From: Octopus vulgaris | Taxonomy: Eukaryota | Length of the DNA: 64,000 bases | Direction: 5' to 3' | NCBI GenBank assembly: GCA_951406725.2 | Contig: OX597815.1 | Span: 60,388,001-60,452,000, forward strand | Shown: piece by piece, positions 52,408 to 64,000 of the stretch | How the letters are laid out: each line of letters opens with the position of its first letter | How positions within the stretch are numbered: position 1 is the first letter of the stretch | Made by a program: the position numbers and the translations under genes | The notes under the pieces: generated by a model | Told to the model about the DNA's origin: nothing | The model's input: the letters and a program-made list of their open reading frames with translations, nothing else | The model's database searches: none

Positions 52408-52452
52408 TGAACTAGTACTTTCATGCATTAAATTCTGCAATCTTCAGGTTCA
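52408..52452 (-). ncRNA. Minimal type I hammerhead ribozyme (solo, between (TA)n tracts)
   Basis: tgaac CTGAAGA t-tgca-gaatttaa-tgca-t GAAA gtac TA gttca. Palindromic AGTACT stem III. Confidence 0.8.
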
Positions 52453-52487
52453 TGTAGTAGTGGTGACAGTCATGCTTCACAATTTTT

Positions 52488-52559
<72 letters not shown>

Positions 52560-52729
52560 ACGTTAATATATACATGTATTATGGATGTATAGTATATATA
52601 TTTGTGTATGTGACCAAGCGCGTGAGAGTATGTGGATGTGTGGATGTGTATATATAGATAGGCGAGCTGGCAGAATCGTTAGCATGCCGAGCGCAATGCG
52701 TAGCCGTATATATAATGAGAATTACAAAA

Positions 52730-52920
52730 AAAAAGAAAAACAACAAAAGACGAAGACAGATGTGTAAACAACAAACAGATGTATAATTTTAACGCTCGGG
52801 AAGTGAGAGAGACTTTTACGTTTCGAGCCTACGCTCTTCGACAGAAAGGAACACACAAATAAACAGGGAGAGAAAACAGAAAATAGAAAAAAGGTTTAGA
52901 GGCTAGCGATCTACCATCGC

Positions 52921-52954
<34 letters not shown>

Positions 52955-53150
52955 AATTCAAATAAACAATCAATGAAGAAAAAAAATCAATTAAAACAAC
53001 GAATAAAATTAGCGGCCAACAAGATGTGCACAAGAAATGTATTAGTTTGACGCTTGCTGAAAAAAGAGAGTTAGGCGGTTCCAGCATAGCTCTTCGACGG
53101 AAAGGGGAAAGGGAAAAGTCCAAGGAGGGAAAAGAAATCACTAACATTAC
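52730..53150 (-). mobile_element. Two solo PLE pLTR fragments separated by (TA)n
   Basis: Reverse complement of the 48840-49030 family (GAAGAGCGTAGGCTCGAAACG; GAAGAGCTATGCT). Confidence 0.65.
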
Positions 53151-54124
53151 GTGCGTAAATATATTTATATTTATTTATTTAATTATATATTTTTGTTTAT
53201 TTGGCACTTACTAACTTATAATTAATTTAATTCAATTTATAATTAATGAACTTATATCTAAGTTAATAGTAGCTTCTGTTTACTTTTTGTGTATGTATAT
53301 ATACGTCTTTGGATGGGCAGACATATATTTTTAATTTATGATTTAGTGGATGTGGGTTGAGGTGTCAAGGTGTGTGAAAATGTGTATGCGTGCGTATGTA
53401 TGTTTTTGTACGTAGAGGTATGTTCGTGGGTGGATGTACTGATGTATGTTTTTCTTATACATATGAGTACGCAGGTGAGTATTTGGATATGTATATATGT
53501 ATATGCAAATATTTATTCATGGGTGGATATAAGTATAGGTTTTATTTGCACGTATGAGTGCGCAGACATATATTTTAATATGTATAAATGTGTGTGCGAA
53601 TGTTCCCTGATACAGTATATGAGATTGTATTAATATCTATGAGTATATGCGGATGTGCGTGTGAGTGTGTATGTTAGTGTATAGACACTGCGGCCTGTAC
53701 TGATTTGTCAATAAGCCATGCGATGACAGACATGCACTCTGCAATCTAGTGAATGTGTAGCGATGTGTCGGGGTTTATTCATGTGTGTGTGCATGTGTGT
53801 GTGGGTCTTTATGTGGACGTGTGGGTTTAGGATTGGATGTGGATGTGTATGTTTTTCTTATGCGGTGTGGGGGCGGCTCTCAACGGACCAACCATGAGGA
53901 AGACAATAATAATTTAAACAATATCTCTTTAAATATGTAAAATATATGTAAAAAATATATAAGAAATATAAGTAAAAAGTGTAGAGAGATAAAAAGCTTC
54001 TACGTGGACACAATATAGAAAGCAAGTCCTATCTGTAATTTCGGGGGAAATAAAAGTCAAATAACTTTTTAGCCACAAAAGCAGGTTTTTTTTTAATTTA
54101 CTGACAGGGGAGAGAACTTCTCCC

Positions 54125-54175
54125 CGCAAGTGAGTGGCCAATTTCGCATGAACTTTAATGCTCATCAGTAATGCG
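54125..54175 (-). ncRNA. Hammerhead motif with eroded stem I
   Basis: cgcatta CTGATGA gcat-taaagttc-atgc GAAA ttggcca CTC acttgcg. Confidence 0.5.
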
Positions 54176-54615
54176 TACTCCATTGCGTTGTCTGAAATCA
54201 ACGACTTTACTACTGAGCCAAGACGAAATACAAGGAAGCTGGTACTCGCACAAAAGATAGTTGACCCACATGACAAAAGTTTGGCAACAACCAACAACCA
54301 TAAAAAAGATAGGAACGGGAAGAAAAAAAGAAGGAACAAATTGGAAATTATCACCGGAATCTCATAAACACACTGACGATATATTTTCAACTGATATAAG
54401 AACTGTGCCAATGAACAGGTATCAGAAGTGCGAGGAAAATTTTGACGCTGCACTAAGTTGTTGTAAGATATAACCGAAAATAAATATTACAGGTTTCCGG
54501 CGTGTTCTTAAATGACTATTCAACTATTCAACAATGTAAACTATTCAACAATGTAAATTTATATATACGTATATACATACATACAGACAGACACACACAC
54601 GCACACGCACACATG

Positions 54616-54665
<50 letters not shown>

Positions 54666-54720
54666 CATACATATACTTATATATATATATAACCTACCTT
54701 ATTTTGTTCCATTCTAAACA

Positions 54721-54764
54721 AAACTGTTCGACGAACGGGAAAGTGAAACTCTGAGTAACAGTTT
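54721..54764 (+). ncRNA. Minimal hammerhead variant in a ~100-bp mini-insert
   Basis: aaactgt TCGACGA ac-gggaaa-gt GAAA ctctga GTA acagttt: 7-bp stem I. Same family as 56238-56280(-). Confidence 0.55.
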
Positions 54765-54791
54765 TTCTAATATCGTTGCTGTTTTTTATAA

Positions 54792-54870
<79 letters not shown>

Positions 54871-54896
54871 AATAAAAATAATAATAAAAATAAGAA

Positions 54897-54927
<31 letters not shown>

Positions 54928-55002
54928 ATTAATAAAATTAATAACATTAATAATTCTTTAAATGTTGTACATAGATATAAATTTGATAATAATAATTTTA
55001 AT

Positions 55003-55779
55003 ATGATAAAGAAATATAAATACAATAATAATAATGACAGTTATAATAATAAGAAGGTAAATAAGAATAAAATTTGGTTAATAGTTCCTTATGGTGATCA
55101 AGTTAAAACGAATATTATTAAAGAGATTTTAGATATTATCGAACTTTTTATTCGAGATAATCGTAAATATAAAAACATTTTCTCTAGTAATAATTTTGGA
55201 GTAGGTTATTCCACCACTAATAATGTAGGTAACATTATTTCTTCATTTAACAAATTTAAACTGAATAATTTTTATAAAAATAAATTATTTAATAATACTA
55301 ATAATAAAGATAAGACATATATTAACTGTACTTGTAGAGATAAATCTAAATGTAAATTAAATAATAAATGCGATATTAATGATGTAGTGTATAAATGTAT
55401 AGTTACATTACATGATAATAATTTTAAGAATAATAATTACCCAAAAGCGAATTATATAGGGTCTACTTCCTCTAAAATAAAATTAAGAATCGCACAACAT
55501 CTGAATTCTTTTAAAAATAAAAACTTAATCAACTCCACTGGACTTAGCAAGTACATTTGGAGACTTAAATCACAAAATATTAATTATAATTTATCCTGGG
55601 AAATAATTTGTAAAACTAAATCATATACTATAGGAGCGAACTTTTGTTATTTATGCTCTAATGAGTTTAAGGAAATTTTATTTTATAAGTATGATAATTT
55701 ACTGAATACAGGTGAAGAGCGCAAAATAAAATGCAGACACATGTTACTTGACTTATATAATAAGTTTCCTGATAAATAA
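55003..55779 (+). CDS. PLE C-terminal GIY-YIG endonuclease fragment (Naiad/Hydra-like), 5' truncated
   Basis: CTCRDKSKCKL..KC...DVVYKC.V..YIGST...KLRIAQH.NSF..TGLSKYIW.LK..W.I..CYLC.NE, followed by an HHR-bearing pLTR. Confidence 0.8.
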   Translation: MIKKYKYNNNNDSYNNKKVNKNKIWLIVPYGDQVKTNIIKEILDIIELFIRDNRKYKNIFSSNNFGVGYSTTNNVGNIISSFNKFKLNNFYKNKLFNNTNNKDKTYINCTCRDKSKCKLNNKCDINDVVYKCIVTLHDNNFKNNNYPKANYIGSTSSKIKLRIAQHLNSFKNKNLINSTGLSKYIWRLKSQNINYNLSWEIICKTKSYTIGANFCYLCSNEFKEILFYKYDNLLNTGEERKIKCRHMLLDLYNKFPDK

Positions 55780-56000
55780 TAATTATTTAATAACATTAAA
55801 TAGCTCCCTATTATGGGTTTTATTCTAGTATTATAAATTTTAAGTGTTTAGAGTACTTTTTATAATAATTTATTTTAGTTATGTAGTTTAGGTTTTAATT
55901 ATAGTTAGATTATAGATGGTTTTTCGTTGTATTAATTAATTTCTTATTAATGTATATTAAATATATAACTGTTTATTGAATATTGAGTATGGTCTTGAAA

Positions 56001-56046
56001 CCACCTGATGAATGTCCATAGAAGTGACAAGAAACGATCGTAGTGG
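56001..56046 (+). ncRNA. Minimal type I hammerhead in the pLTR downstream of the GIY-YIG fragment
   Basis: ccac CTGATGA a-tgtc-catagaagt-gaca-a GAAA cgatc GTA gtgg. Palindromic ACGATCGT. Confidence 0.85.
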
Positions 56047-56139
56047 ATATCTTAATTATATTTAATTTATATAAAATTTTTTATGTATTGGATTAAGTCT
56101 TTCTTTGTTTGATTTGCATAATAGTGGTTTTGTCTCTAA

Positions 56140-56196
<57 letters not shown>

Positions 56197-56203
56197 TACA
56201 TAT

Positions 56204-56586
56204 ATACTTTATTTAAAGCAGCAGAAAATTCAACAAAACCTGTTACTCTGAATTTCCCGTTGCCGTTCGTCGGACAGTTTTTGCTAGAATGGAAGGGATA
56301 TGTGAATTCTATCCAGACTATTACAAACGCTACACCTTTAAAAAAATGGAGTTGTTTGATTGGCCCTTTAGAAATAACGGCCAAATTTCGAGCGATAAAC
56401 AAAGATGAGTTCAAATATAAAAAATATATTAAAAAAAAATAAAAAATATAAAAAATATAAAAATATATAAAAAATATTTTAAAATGTTGAATTTTCTGCT
56501 GCTTTAAATAAAGCATATTACTCTACCACTGGTATTTGAGTACTCTTTTTTCCACCTTGTTTCACATTTATGTGTTTACTCCGGTA
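56204..56586 (+). mobile_element. Small non-coding element with 29-bp inverted arms, HHR and tail, in (TA)n
   Basis: CTTTATTTAAAGCAGCAGAAAATTCAACA (~56206) vs its reverse complement (~56485). Minus HHR 56238-56280 with CCGACGA..GAAA..GTA. The tail 56514-56585 is related to 6030-6135. Confidence 0.7.
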
Positions 56587-56636
56587 TACATATATATACA
56601 TATGTACATACATACATATACATATATATACATACG

Positions 56637-56697
<61 letters not shown>

Positions 56698-57349
56698 GTA
56701 TATGTATGTATGTATATATGTATGTATAATAAAAATGAAAAATACACATTAAGTACAGACATCACCAACGAGCGAAAAACACACAACGAGAAACAAGGAC
56801 GGGATGAAATACCAAAAGAAGTTTAACACATCCTCAGTTTCCAACTGTTTATTACTACCTGTTTCGTGCTTTTAACGACAAGACAAGAAAACTTCATAAG
56901 ACAGCAGCATCCAGATATTTTAAATATATAAAATTGGTGGAGAGTTAGGCCTTCAAACGAATAAATGAACCCAGAGTGGACATACGGAAACGATCGACGA
57001 AGACAGACGTTAAGGGCTGTTAGACCAAGACGAATTGTAATAGGTAACGCCTGGGAGAAATTTCAAAAGGATGTAGCATAAATAGAAGGGAAAAAAGACA
57101 TCGAAAGGCGAGAGAAATGATGTCCGGCTAGCTTCACGTCCCATCCAGAAAAGACAGAGAGAGGCGAGAAAATGGCCTAAAGTCACGTGTGAGCAACAGG
57201 CAGAGGGGAAGTGGACAACAGATAAGATGAAGGAAAGAAATAAAGAGAGTGAGGAGAAGAGAGAAGAAAAGAAAAATAGAGTGTGAAAGAAAGACAGACG
57301 GAGAACAGTAAGGAAGGAATGGGATAAAAAGAAATATAGGGAATATAGT

Positions 57350-59009
57350 TTAATATAAAGTTTAATATAAATAAAAGGTAAAACCACTACGATCGTTTCA
57401 TGCCCATAACCTAATTCGAAAAACAATAATTTAAATTCAATTAATAATTCGAATTATGGTTATAGTCAATCTTCAGATTAATGGTAATAGTTAAATAAAT
57501 AATCAAATATATTTAAACAATATTTTTTAAGAAATAAATAAAATGATAATTTTTCTTATAAAAACTCTATTATCAAACTAGAAACTTTAACGATTATGAT
57601 TATGTCATACAATCGATTATAATGTTAAATATTAATTTTTAACGTAAGAATAGATAGAGAATGTATTTATCTATTCAGATATAATATGGCTTTATTATAA
57701 GACATTATAAACTCACAGATAATCTAATCTCAGTTATAGTCAATATCTAATTACCTAAATATTTAACAAAAAAATCACTATTTATATTATTATTAAATTT
57801 AATTTCAAATCAAATAACTATATAATATTTGAATAATAACTAAATTATAAATGAATATATATAAATGTATATAAATATAAGAATTAAGATCTAAAATTAT
57901 CTCTACCAATAAATATATATGCACGTATAATAAAAACCTAATAAATTAATTATTCATTATTACTCATGAAATATATTAAAAATTAAAATATTAAAGATGA
58001 AAAAGCAAATTGTAAACAAACAAATAAACTATCTTAAAAGAATGCTATAACTAATTAACGATCCATATATCTCGTTGGCTAATTAATAACTTTCAAAAAT
58101 CGTATAGTTAAGAACTAAAATGAAATAATGAAATACATATCTTCAACAACTAAATACTTATACAATGAGATTATCAATCCGTAGTTATATAGTATCCAAT
58201 AAATACTACGAATATATTTATCAATGAAAAATACTACTACAAATTATCAATTGAAAATAGCAATATATAAATTATAATAGGACGAAGTCAACTATTAGAG
58301 ATATCTATGAGTATACAAAATAGCTTAAAAAAACATAAACTCACAAATATCCTTAACTCAGTTATAGTCCAAAAATTTAATTACCAAAATAATTAACTAA
58401 ATAATCATTATTCATATATTAGATTTAAGTACACATCTAACAATAAAATATTTAAAATAATAACTAAATAACTATCAACAAATATAGTTATTAAAGACTA
58501 AAATTTATGCTATCATTAAAAGTATAGACATGAAACCTAACTTTAAAAAACCCATATTATTATTATTGATCTATATATCTCTTTGGCTAAGTAAAGTCGT
58601 ACAAATAAACGTAGAGTTAAAATCTAATAATTAAATACATTACTTAGATAACTAAATCATTACATAACAATCAGTATTTATATAGAATACAAAATTATAC
58701 AATAAGACTTATTAAAATATTAAAATTTTAAAATTTTAAAATCTTAAATATACTTAGCTTTGCAAGGTTTTGTGATGAAAAATTATTGTTTTATTTATTT
58801 CTTTAAAAAATATTGTTTAAATATATTTGATTATTTATTTAACTATTATCATTAACCTGAAGATTGACTATAACCATAATTCGAATTATTAATTGAATTT
58901 AAATTATTGTTATTCGAATTAGGTTATGGTCATGAAACGATCGTAGTGGTTTTACTTTTTATCTCGTATTAAACTTTTTAATACTTTTGGATAGTTATAT
59001 ATATTTAAT

Positions 59010-59040
<31 letters not shown>

Positions 59041-59091
59041 TAGTAAATAAATAAATAAAAAATAAAAATAATAATCAAAATAAATAAATAA

Positions 59092-59143
<52 letters not shown>

Positions 59144-59350
59144 TATAAATATAAATTAATAATTTTTAACTTTAAATTTAAATTTTGAATTTTATATTTT
59201 ATCTATTTTGTATATTTTATTAATTAATTTTATTTCTATATTTTGGTTTATGTTTTTCACTGTTTGATTTGCCTAATAGTGGTTTTATCTCTAATTTAAT
59301 TTATATTTATACTGTAAAATTAGATTTAAACCTAAATCTAATTTTTCCCT
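57350..59350 (+). mobile_element. AT-rich non-coding element with inverted HHR-bearing arms
   Basis: ~57350-57560 is inverted against ~58775-58985. Tail motif TGTTTGATTTGCCTAATAGTGGTTTT (59261) is shared with the pLTR at ~56107. Diverged internal duplication (57707 vs 58336). Confidence 0.7.
58851..58951 (+). ncRNA. Hammerhead with 70-nt stem II (mirror copy 57382-57482, - strand)
   Basis: CTGAAGA t-tgactataacc..taattcgaat..attcgaatta-ggttatggtca-t GAAA cgatc GTA gtgg. Confidence 0.7.
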
Positions 59351-59373
59351 GTAAGTTTGGATTTACTCTCTAA

Positions 59374-59460
<87 letters not shown>

Positions 59461-59833
59461 CGTGTGTATGTGTGTGTGTGTATGTATATATGTATATATG
59501 TATGTATGTATCATACGTATGTATACAAGAACATGTATAAATGTATGTGTAAGATGTATGCATGTGTCTGAGAGAAACTATGCAGGACATAAAATTCTTT
59601 GCATATGTCTTTCTAAGAGTACTTGTGGGTGTATAAAATAGGTGTACAGGTGTACCAAGGTAAATTGCGATGGTTGTAAGATAAGACATTTTATATAAAC
59701 AAGAACATCTGCAACACTAGCACAGTAACTGTATATAAAGATATGCGCGTGTATGTACGTATATGTATATATTATGTGTATACGTTTGTTATGTATCCAT
59801 GAACCATGAATGTATTTATGTAGGTACTTATGT

Positions 59834-59882
<49 letters not shown>

Positions 59883-60479
59883 CATATTTATCTACACAAA
59901 CACACACACACGCATATATTCTTACGTGTGTTACACATACAATCTGCATACACGTATCTGCACATATTTCTAGTTATGGGAGTGTGTATCGTATTGATAG
60001 TATGTAAGAGGCACAGCATGATGTGTGGTGCAGTATATATATATATATATAAGCATACTAGTGCATATACACACGTGCTTAAGTAGGATATTTACTTTAT
60101 TTTGTTCAGGAATTTTTCGCCTGGCGCTTGAGAATGCTTGTCCCTATACTGAAGGGAAGAAGTTCAATATTCTTTATACATAGAAAAGTATGTTCATGTA
60201 TACACACTACACTCACACTCACACACATATACAAAAACACATGTACACATAGTATATGTATTTATTTATGCATGTGTGTATATATGTCTATATATGTTTA
60301 TTTCTTTGGGATATTTATTTCCTTTGCAGTCCAGTCACTAACAAAATGACAAAGCTCTTTTGTTGAAATCAAGACAGCTGTTGGAGTTTATGGATCTGTG
60401 AATTACTGTTATTGTGTGTGTATGTGTGTGTGCGTTTGTGTGTGTGCGTTTGTGTGTGTATTCATATGTGTACATGTGT

Positions 60480-62760
60480 GTGTCGATAAACTTTTATTTA
60501 TGCATTGTTAGTGTATGTCACCTGTCACTTTAATATGCTAGTTTGTAGGTTTCAATGTTTTTGTACAGTGATTGTATGTGTATTACGTATGTATACGCGT
60601 TTGTGTGCAATGTATTCGACCCAGGAATCTCTTTTAACGAATAACCGAAATGCTTTGCAAATTTTCGCTGTGCCTCCAATCGAAAGTGCTAAAGCGTATT
60701 GAAACAATTTGCATGTTTTGGTTTTGAAGAACCTTAATATTTCCAGATTTATATGCAAATCTCTTGTTACGTAAAGCAGTGCACTAATAACAGGTACAAA
60801 TAAAGACCTCTAGCCTGGATATAAATGATGCAAGTTTTTGATCACTTCTCCATGGATGTTGATTTTCTCAACTGTTCCTAGTTCACTGGGAAGCTGTTCT
60901 CTACAACTGGGCATGGCTTTTGCTCCGTGTCCCATACAGTAACGTCTGCTCTCTTGTACTTATGCCGGTTTGCTATTTTTATTCGAATGTTTCAACGGTA
61001 TTTTTGTAAGGAATGGATACATTCTGATTCTGGTGTACCTTTGGTATTACCATCGGGATATCCGTTTCTGCAAACAGCATTGTGAATCATTTTAGCAGGA
61101 GCCATGTCTCAAGAGCAGGTAGCTTCACTCGGACATTTTTGGATAACCGCTGCTAATGATGTGGGTAGTATCTTCCATAGTGAAAAACGGCCCAGTCGAC
61201 ACTTTTAGTCGCAACGTGGAAGTCTAAAGGCATTCTAATCTCCCTTCTTGACCAGTTATTAATAGCTGTTCCAAGATAACAAAAACGTAATCTTCCAGAT
61301 GAAATGTGACGTATGTATGACAGGATTCCTAATAATGCTAATAGTATTCTCTAATTTGCGGGACATGTACTCACATATAACTTTCCGATGAATATACACC
61401 TGATGTACTCATTTCTCTCTTTGCTGTTCAGCAAATTTTATATAAGTGACATGACACGACGCTCGAATGCTCGAATGATGATCTTATATTTCTACCTCCC
61501 TCCATTCAATATAAATCCTTACAGTGTCACTGTTGACCTAGAAATTAACAGTCATTGTTAGTATCTTTCAAGACCTGATGTCCAAGTTTCAAATTTCTTC
61601 CAGTGTCGAGTATGATATTCCAAATGTTGGTACTAGCACTGACACTGCTAAAGCATTTTGGGATTTAGTTTAAGTGAATGCAGACATCTCTGACTTCCAT
61701 ATCTTCCAAAGTCTGCTGAAGTATACTTTTCTCACTCTATATTTACTCACCGCACCAACTTATACAATATTTCTCGACGACTCCAAGTTATTTGTAACAT
61801 TCATCACAGGTAGTAGGGGTGTTATACAGGCCATTGGTATCCATATTCCTTGCCTGGTCAACAATCTTCCCTCGAACCTTATCCTGACTAAATTCTATTT
61901 CTATGTCTCATGAGTATGTTGTGATTAATTGTAGCTGTCTCTTAACATCTTGGATATTACTCTAGAACTGGTTAAGGCGATGAACAAAAGGGGAGAAGAG
62001 AGAATTAATCATTGTTTCATTTGCAGGCCCTACCATGTAGCCATTGTATTTTGTTAACAGGGTTGACAAGGAGTTCACTACTAGGATGAAAAGAATTACA
62101 AATAAGTTTTCACCTTGAAACACTCTTGTCGACGCTTTAATTCTCTCAGTGATTACAGAGGCAGCTTCAGTTCGTAATGATAATTCAGTAGACCATGTTT
62201 TTGTCAGCCACCTGGCGGCTATCTGAACCTTAGATATTATTATCCATGAGTGAGGAACAGTCAAATACAATTGGTAGACTCCAGTGCCGATGCTTCGCTT
62301 CATTAAGTCAGTTTTGTTGATGAGGTGCTGTTCGGCACCGCTTAATCTCCTTTCTTTCCTCCACATTGTATATTTGGTCGGGACCCTGAAAGAATTCATT
62401 CAAGCAACCGGTCTGTGTACAGCTTAACATAACAATTTATGGGGTAGCAGTTTTTGGTCACATGTATCTGCAGGGTTTTCGCTCCTTGTGTCTTCCCTAT
62501 AGCTAACGCCTAGTTTGACCGTTCACTGTTCTTTAGAACGAGTTAACAAGGGCTTCTCTGTGGAAGGTGACATTCTCGGACCAATAACCTATTATCACGT
62601 CTCTCCCAGGTAATTTTCCGTTCGATAGATTTGCAACAACAGTCAGAAGAGTCTCACTTTTGATATCGTAAGTTTTAGGAGAGCTTATGCAGTGTTCCTT
62701 TTGTAGCTTATTGAATCACATTATCTCATGGTTTTGATGTTTGCTTACGCACCAAAATGA
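60480..62760 (-). mobile_element. Old, heavily degenerate Dong/R4-like LINE
   Basis: AEQHLINK, TVPHSWI, VFQGENL.VILFIL (RT); KINIHGEVIKNL..LYP..FVPVI, SIGGTAKICKAF (endonuclease tail). Confidence 0.7.
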
Positions 62761-62792
62761 CTCCAGAACGTTCTATCTGGGATCGGACATAT

Positions 62793-63180
62793 GTTGCCTT
62801 GCCATAATAAAACTCAGGGTTGCGGATGTTGTGGCGGAAGACTGCTCCGGCATCTCGTCAGTTATTAAGACAAACAAAAATGCAATGAGAATGACCGTTA
62901 AATAAAGGGAAATTACCCGAATAGGGAGAAAGTAAAAATATTTGAAGAAGGTAAACCCACGCTCATAGAATTTATGAGCGTGTTTGTCTTAATATCGGTC
63001 ATCGTTATAGTGTTTTCCCTTTATTTAACGGTCATTTTCATAGCATTTTTGTTTGTCTTAATAACTGACGAGATGCCGGAGCAGACTTCCGCCCCGACAT
63101 CTGAAACTCTGAGTTTTATTATGGCAACCGACTAATTGTCACGTATTATATATCTTCATCCTGTAATGAATTTCAGACAC
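62793..63180 (+). mobile_element. Fold-back element with hammerheads in both arms
   Basis: ~62799-62915 is inverted against ~63013-63128, with a tail on the right. Confidence 0.75.
63059..63121 (+). ncRNA. Type I hammerhead ribozyme (mutated mirror copy 62805-62867)
   Basis: taataa CTGACGA gatg..catc-t GAAA ctctga GTT ttatta: 6-bp stem I. Confidence 0.75.
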
Positions 63181-63214
63181 ATATTATATATCTCCATCCT
63201 GTAATGAATTCCAC

Positions 63215-64000
63215 AGCTTTATGCGCCATGTTAGGTTGTGTGCGCTTTTCCGCGTCACTCCACCCGCATCTAACGAGGAGGACTGCTTCACTGACTTGAG
63301 CCGCCGACCATCCCAGTGGACGCCTGCTCCTGTCCAGTTCCAAGTAGTTGATCTTTTCGCGGATGCCTGCCAGCGCGCTGTGAACCAGTTCAACTTCTCC
63401 AGGCGTCCCTGTCGTCTCAACATCTCCCCAGCCGAACTCTTGGCTCTTCGCTCCCTCCGACGCCGCACTGACATCGTTATAAAACCGGCCGACAAGGGTG
63501 GAGCCGTGGTAGTATGGCGCGTGGACCTCTATAAGGCCGAAGCTCTCCGCCAACTTCACGACACCTCCTTCTACTGGCCACTGCCCTCTGACCTCACGCC
63601 CAGCTACCAACAGATGGCATCCTCCACCAAACATGACCTCATCTCATCATCCCGTCTCCCCCACACCGCCTCCAACCTCATTGTCCGAGCCCCCCGAACC
63701 CCCACCGTTTTCCTTCCTCCCCAAATCCCCAAACCTAACAACCCTGGCCGCCCCATCGTCTCCGCTTGTAACCGCCCCACCGAGCTTATCTCCAAATATC
63801 TCGACCGTGTCCTTACACCCCTAGTGGCTTCTCTCCCTTCTCCCATCCATGACACCAACCATGCTCTTCGTCTATTCAACTCTTTCTCCTTCCCTCCTGG
63901 CCCCTCTAAATTTCTCTTCAATCTCGACATCCAGAGCCTTTACACTGTGATCCCTCACCACGAGGGGCTGCGTGCACTGAAACACTTCCTGGACCTCCGA
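63215..64000 (+). mobile_element. Neptune-type PLE RT N-terminal part, frameshifted, continuing beyond the window
   Basis: NISPAELLALRSLRRRTDIVIKPADKGGAVVVW, PGRPIVSAC..PTELISKYLD, LFNLDIQSLYTVIPH.EGL. Confidence 0.9.

Noticed and set aside
56850-56905. Hammerhead-like remnants (CTTATGA..GAAACAGGTA; also 28934-28970 and 51300-51335)
   Set aside because: Core or stem I is broken; probably decayed pLTR ribozymes, not called individually.

Overview
AT-rich, microsatellite-saturated animal DNA. The SINE/LINE repertoire looks like an octopod cephalopod (inference). No host protein-coding gene can be supported, and nearly all ORFs in the track are (TA)n/(CA)n translations. The window is a pile of transposons: one young Neptune-type Penelope-like element (PLE; 32101-37095, intact RT+GIY-YIG frame, inverted pseudo-LTR), other PLE fragments, RTE, Dong/R4-like and CR1 LINE remnants, tRNA-derived SINEs, Helitrons, and mariner/Tc1 remnants. 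The main signal is non-coding: by eye I find more than 30 intact or degenerate hammerhead ribozyme (HHR) motifs in over a dozen unrelated sequence families. Most sit in small non-coding fold-back (palindromic) elements inserted in (TA)n tracts, with one arm lacking a 3' tail. Highlights: a nested ~9.8-kb palindrome (8354-18117), a 491-bp tandem retrozyme-like unit (27283-28179), candidate non-circularly permuted (pseudoknotted) hammerheads (26961-27036; 28398-28554), HHRs with long stem-II insertions or a U3-A8 covariant core, and a U_UUU_UUA -1 frameshift/splice junction linking ORF1 to the PLE RT. All structures were read by eye; none has been computed or tested for activity.
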